A stretch of 25,700 bases of DNA from a virus (taxonomy: Duplodnaviria; Caudoviricetes), in IMG/VR virus record IMGVR_UViG_3300020043_001642, positions 1 through 25,700 of that record; one strand, written 5' to 3'. The number at the start of each line of letters is the position of its first letter. Within the stretch, counting starts at the first letter, position 1. A model generated the notes under the pieces. That model saw nothing but the letters and a program-made list of their open reading frames with translations. It did not search any database and was not told the DNA's origin. Below are positions 23,492 through 25,700 of the stretch, one piece after another. Position numbers and translations under genes: made by a program.

Positions 23492-24056
23492 GGAAGTTTT
23501 CCCCACTGGTCGGCCATCGCCTGCGCAATGCCTGCGAATGTCTCGCTGCGCAATTTCCAACGATCTGCGCTCGGTGGCATTTTGTGAATGCGTGGCTCTC
23601 TGCCATCGACAATGTTTGTTGGCCTGAGCAATGGCAAATTTTTAAGCCACAGACTGGTGGCCTTTGTCTCACCATGACCAAACTGCCAAGGCTGGATAAT
23701 TTGATCAGGCTTGCGCCACAAACTGGACATGATGCAAATCGGGTTCTCGATCGCAATGCGAGGAATGTTGCAATTTGCAAGCATCATGAAAAATGATGCG
23801 CTGGCCTGCTGGCGACCAATCAAACGCTTGCCTTCAAAATGACGAGCGCCACTGACAGACAGATCGGTGCATGGAGGATGAGCGATCATCAAATCCCAAG
23901 GGTAGTCCAACACATCACGAACATCACCTTGGTAATGTGGCCCAGGCACATCGGTGGGTAATAGATCACAGCTCATCGCTTCCCCCCCCCCCGAATGAAA
24001 GCATCGCGAACACGGCCAGAGTATTCGCAAGCCACAAGAATTCGCATCTTTCTCAT
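23485..24056 (-). CDS. DNA cytosine (C5)-methyltransferase-like gene, frameshifted at a G11 tract
   Basis: MRKMRILVACEYSGRVRDAFIR (motif I-like) from 24056 stops at 23973; the body EAMSCDLL...IAHPPCT...IAIENP...QPWQFGH is in another frame. One extra G restores a continuous gene. Confidence 0.8.
23982..23992 (-). repeat. G11 homopolymer (C11 on the + strand)
   Basis: Counted directly; the longest homopolymer I found in the window. Confidence 0.9.
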
Positions 24057-25078
24057 CCCACAATCCTTCCACCAAAACCCTTGCGCATCTCAGCGATGAA
24101 CGCATCACCACTTGCGCATGCAGCAGCATTGGCCAGCAACTCTTTGGAGCCGTAAACACCTTCCTGCTCAGGATCGCCATTGGCCAGATTCACGCCATTG
24201 ATCTCGTACACAGCAGTGAACTCGTCTGGCCCATCCTTGCGCTGCCAAGGCACCAGATCGGGATGCAGAACATGACCCTCACAGCCAGTACGCTGTGAAT
24301 CCAAAGGAATCTCAGCATCCCACTTGGCGCAGTGCCAAGTCGAGTCAGGCATCGCTGTAGCCAAAGCACAGGTGCGGCAGTTCACATGCTTGGTGGTTTT
24401 GGACTGGTGGCAGAACTCATGCGCATCGCAGAACTTGCACTGATACCAGCTCGCATCTGAGCTGATCGGCTCAGGCATGCGGTCAGTCAAAGCAATGCGC
24501 TGGCCGCGAGCAATGGCCTTGCCTGCCACATCCTTGTCGAACTTCACGCGCTCGGTGTGGATGCGGTCATCATCCTTGCAGACGGTCAAGTACAGCGCAC
24601 GATCAATGCCAGTGCCAGCCATGTAGACCTGCATCTGCACAAAGTGCTCAGGCTTGGACTTCTCCACGCCATTCTTCTCCAGATCGTCAAATGCTTTTTT
24701 GGATGCAGTCTTGAACTCGGCAATGTGCTTGGACTTGGGCGCTTCTGGCACACCCTTGTCAATGATCGCATCGATGCTGCCAGACACATGGCTGCCAAAG
24801 TCCACACGGTGCTGGGCAGATACCTTGCGCACATCGATGCCAATGGCACGCAGGTCGCTGATGATGTTGGCCTCCTCTTGATGGCCACGCCTGAACAGGC
24901 GCAGGATTCGACCAGGGAAGGTCGGCTGCACAGCCCAGCGGAAAGACAGCCACAGCCACCGATCACACACATGGCCAAGCGTACTGGCTCCAAGGTGTGG
25001 GCGCGGCACCTCAGCAATGGCCTCATGGTGCTTGTCAACCAATGACTGGATGCTATTATCTGGCTCAGGGATTTTCAT
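24053..25078 (-). CDS. Cas4-like PD-(D/E)XK exonuclease (phage recombination nuclease)
   Basis: HLGAS..GHVCDR, GH..E, SGSID, AEFKT, QMQVYM, C-terminal CKFC...C; AAGGAG RBS before ATG 25078. Confidence 0.85.
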   Translation of the reverse strand: MKIPEPDNSIQSLVDKHHEAIAEVPRPHLGASTLGHVCDRWLWLSFRWAVQPTFPGRILRLFRRGHQEEANIISDLRAIGIDVRKVSAQHRVDFGSHVSGSIDAIIDKGVPEAPKSKHIAEFKTASKKAFDDLEKNGVEKSKPEHFVQMQVYMAGTGIDRALYLTVCKDDDRIHTERVKFDKDVAGKAIARGQRIALTDRMPEPISSDASWYQCKFCDAHEFCHQSKTTKHVNCRTCALATAMPDSTWHCAKWDAEIPLDSQRTGCEGHVLHPDLVPWQRKDGPDEFTAVYEINGVNLANGDPEQEGVYGSKELLANAAACASGDAFIAEMRKGFGGRIVG

Positions 25079-25101
25079 GTTTGTCACTCCTTTGATGAGT
25101 T

Positions 25102-25137
25102 TGCCCAGACCAGTTCACGCTAGTCTGGGCATTTTTT
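25102..25137. terminator. Intergenic hairpin with the T-tract on the + (antisense) strand
   Basis: TGCCCAGACCAG-N6-CTAGTCTGGGCA followed by TTTTTT on the + strand. Confidence 0.65.
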
Positions 25138-25140
25138 CGC

Positions 25141-25635
25141 TTACTTCTTAGCCCAAGGTGGTGCGGCCTTGGCGGTCGCTGCCTGAGCAGGATTGCTTTG
25201 TCCCTGTGGAATTGACGCAGCTGGCGCTGCACTTCCAGACACAGACTTGAAGCCCTTGACCTCATTGCTTGCACCGTACTGAGCGTCCTCTTTGACCTCC
25301 AGCTTGATGGCGATCTGGCCACCAATCAACTGGTCTGTGTCGGTCACTTTGGCCAAGCCAATCGCACGCATGATGTCTCCGAGCTGCTGGCGACCAATCT
25401 CCTCGGCCTTGGGATTGGCATTCTTAATGTTCAGATTACCAAACACCACACGACCTTGGTGGCTCGGGCCAGTGATGTCATAACGCAGCTTGATGTACTG
25501 GCCATTGCCAGCCTTGGTTGCCTTCAGCTCAGACTGAGAGATAGTGGCGGTGTACCAGCCAGCAGGCAGCGGCTCAAAGTTGCCATTGCCTTGGGGCAGT
25601 TCGTTGACGTTGAATTCTTCGTTTAAAAAAGCCAT
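25141..25635 (-). CDS. DUF669-like putative ssDNA-binding protein
   Basis: FEPLPAGWY, GNGQYIKL, NEVKGF and Ala/Pro tail ending PPWAKK; AAGGAG RBS; next to the exonuclease. Confidence 0.82.
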   Translation of the reverse strand: MAFLNEEFNVNELPQGNGNFEPLPAGWYTATISQSELKATKAGNGQYIKLRYDITGPSHQGRVVFGNLNIKNANPKAEEIGRQQLGDIMRAIGLAKVTDTDQLIGGQIAIKLEVKEDAQYGASNEVKGFKSVSGSAAPAASIPQGQSNPAQAATAKAAPPWAKK

Positions 25636-25638
25636 GAT

Positions 25639-25700
25639 TTACTCCTTGGGGATAATTTTGAAAGATGGGCGGCCAGGCTTGGCCGTGATTGCACCGGCAA
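25639..25700 (-). CDS. 3' end of an upstream replication-module gene (partial)
   Basis: ...AGAITAKPGRPSFKIIPKE* is open to the window edge; its end contains the RBS of the next gene. Confidence 0.65.
   Translation of the reverse strand, partial: AGAITAKPGRPSFKIIPKE

Noticed and set aside
24057-24180. ORF-track N-terminus (MAILSRKVF...) of the methyltransferase
   Set aside because: It overlaps the exonuclease gene; the motif-bearing N-terminus starts at 24056/24047 in another frame.
24053-25078. Cas4-like nuclease as evidence of a CRISPR-Cas system
   Set aside because: No repeat-spacer array or other cas genes seen; solo Cas4-like nucleases beside DUF669 and helicase genes are ordinary phage replication components.
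17375-25483. Plus-strand ORFs over the replication arm (e.g. 20142-20639, 21668-22324, 24557-25045)
   Set aside because: Antisense shadows of clear minus-strand genes with no independent support.
1-25700. tRNA/rRNA genes, IS elements or stop-codon reassignment
   Set aside because: Intergenic gaps are short with no cloverleaf or transposase seen; genes are intact under the standard code and use TAA, TGA and TAG as stops.

Overview
The window is a contiguous piece of a tailed dsDNA phage or prophage genome with P22-like (podovirus) morphogenesis genes. The + strand (1-16684) carries the coat protein (start upstream of the window), several small basic proteins, gp4-like and gp10-like tail hub genes, a needle-slot protein, three DNA-ejection proteins, a beta-helix tailspike with accessory genes, and a lysis region (3-TM holin-like gene plus M15 peptidase endolysin). 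The - strand (25700-16675) is a convergent replication/early arm: DUF669-like protein, Cas4-like PD-(D/E)XK exonuclease, a C5-type DNA methyltransferase frameshifted in a G11 tract, an HNH endonuclease, an SF2 helicase, a VRR-NUC nuclease, an Arc-like repressor and an array of small modular ORFs. The most unusual signals are: (i) the HNH cassette sits inside the helicase 5' end, leaving an orphan helicase N-terminus and supplying a new one, with its own promoter and hairpin; (ii) the poly-G-switched methyltransferase; (iii) a DDxxD prenyltransferase-like gene and a HiPIP-like Cys protein just upstream of the ejection genes; (iv) an ORF array joined by repeated RBS/start/stop and peptide microhomologies. 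Family assignments come from motif recognition and synteny only; no database search was run.
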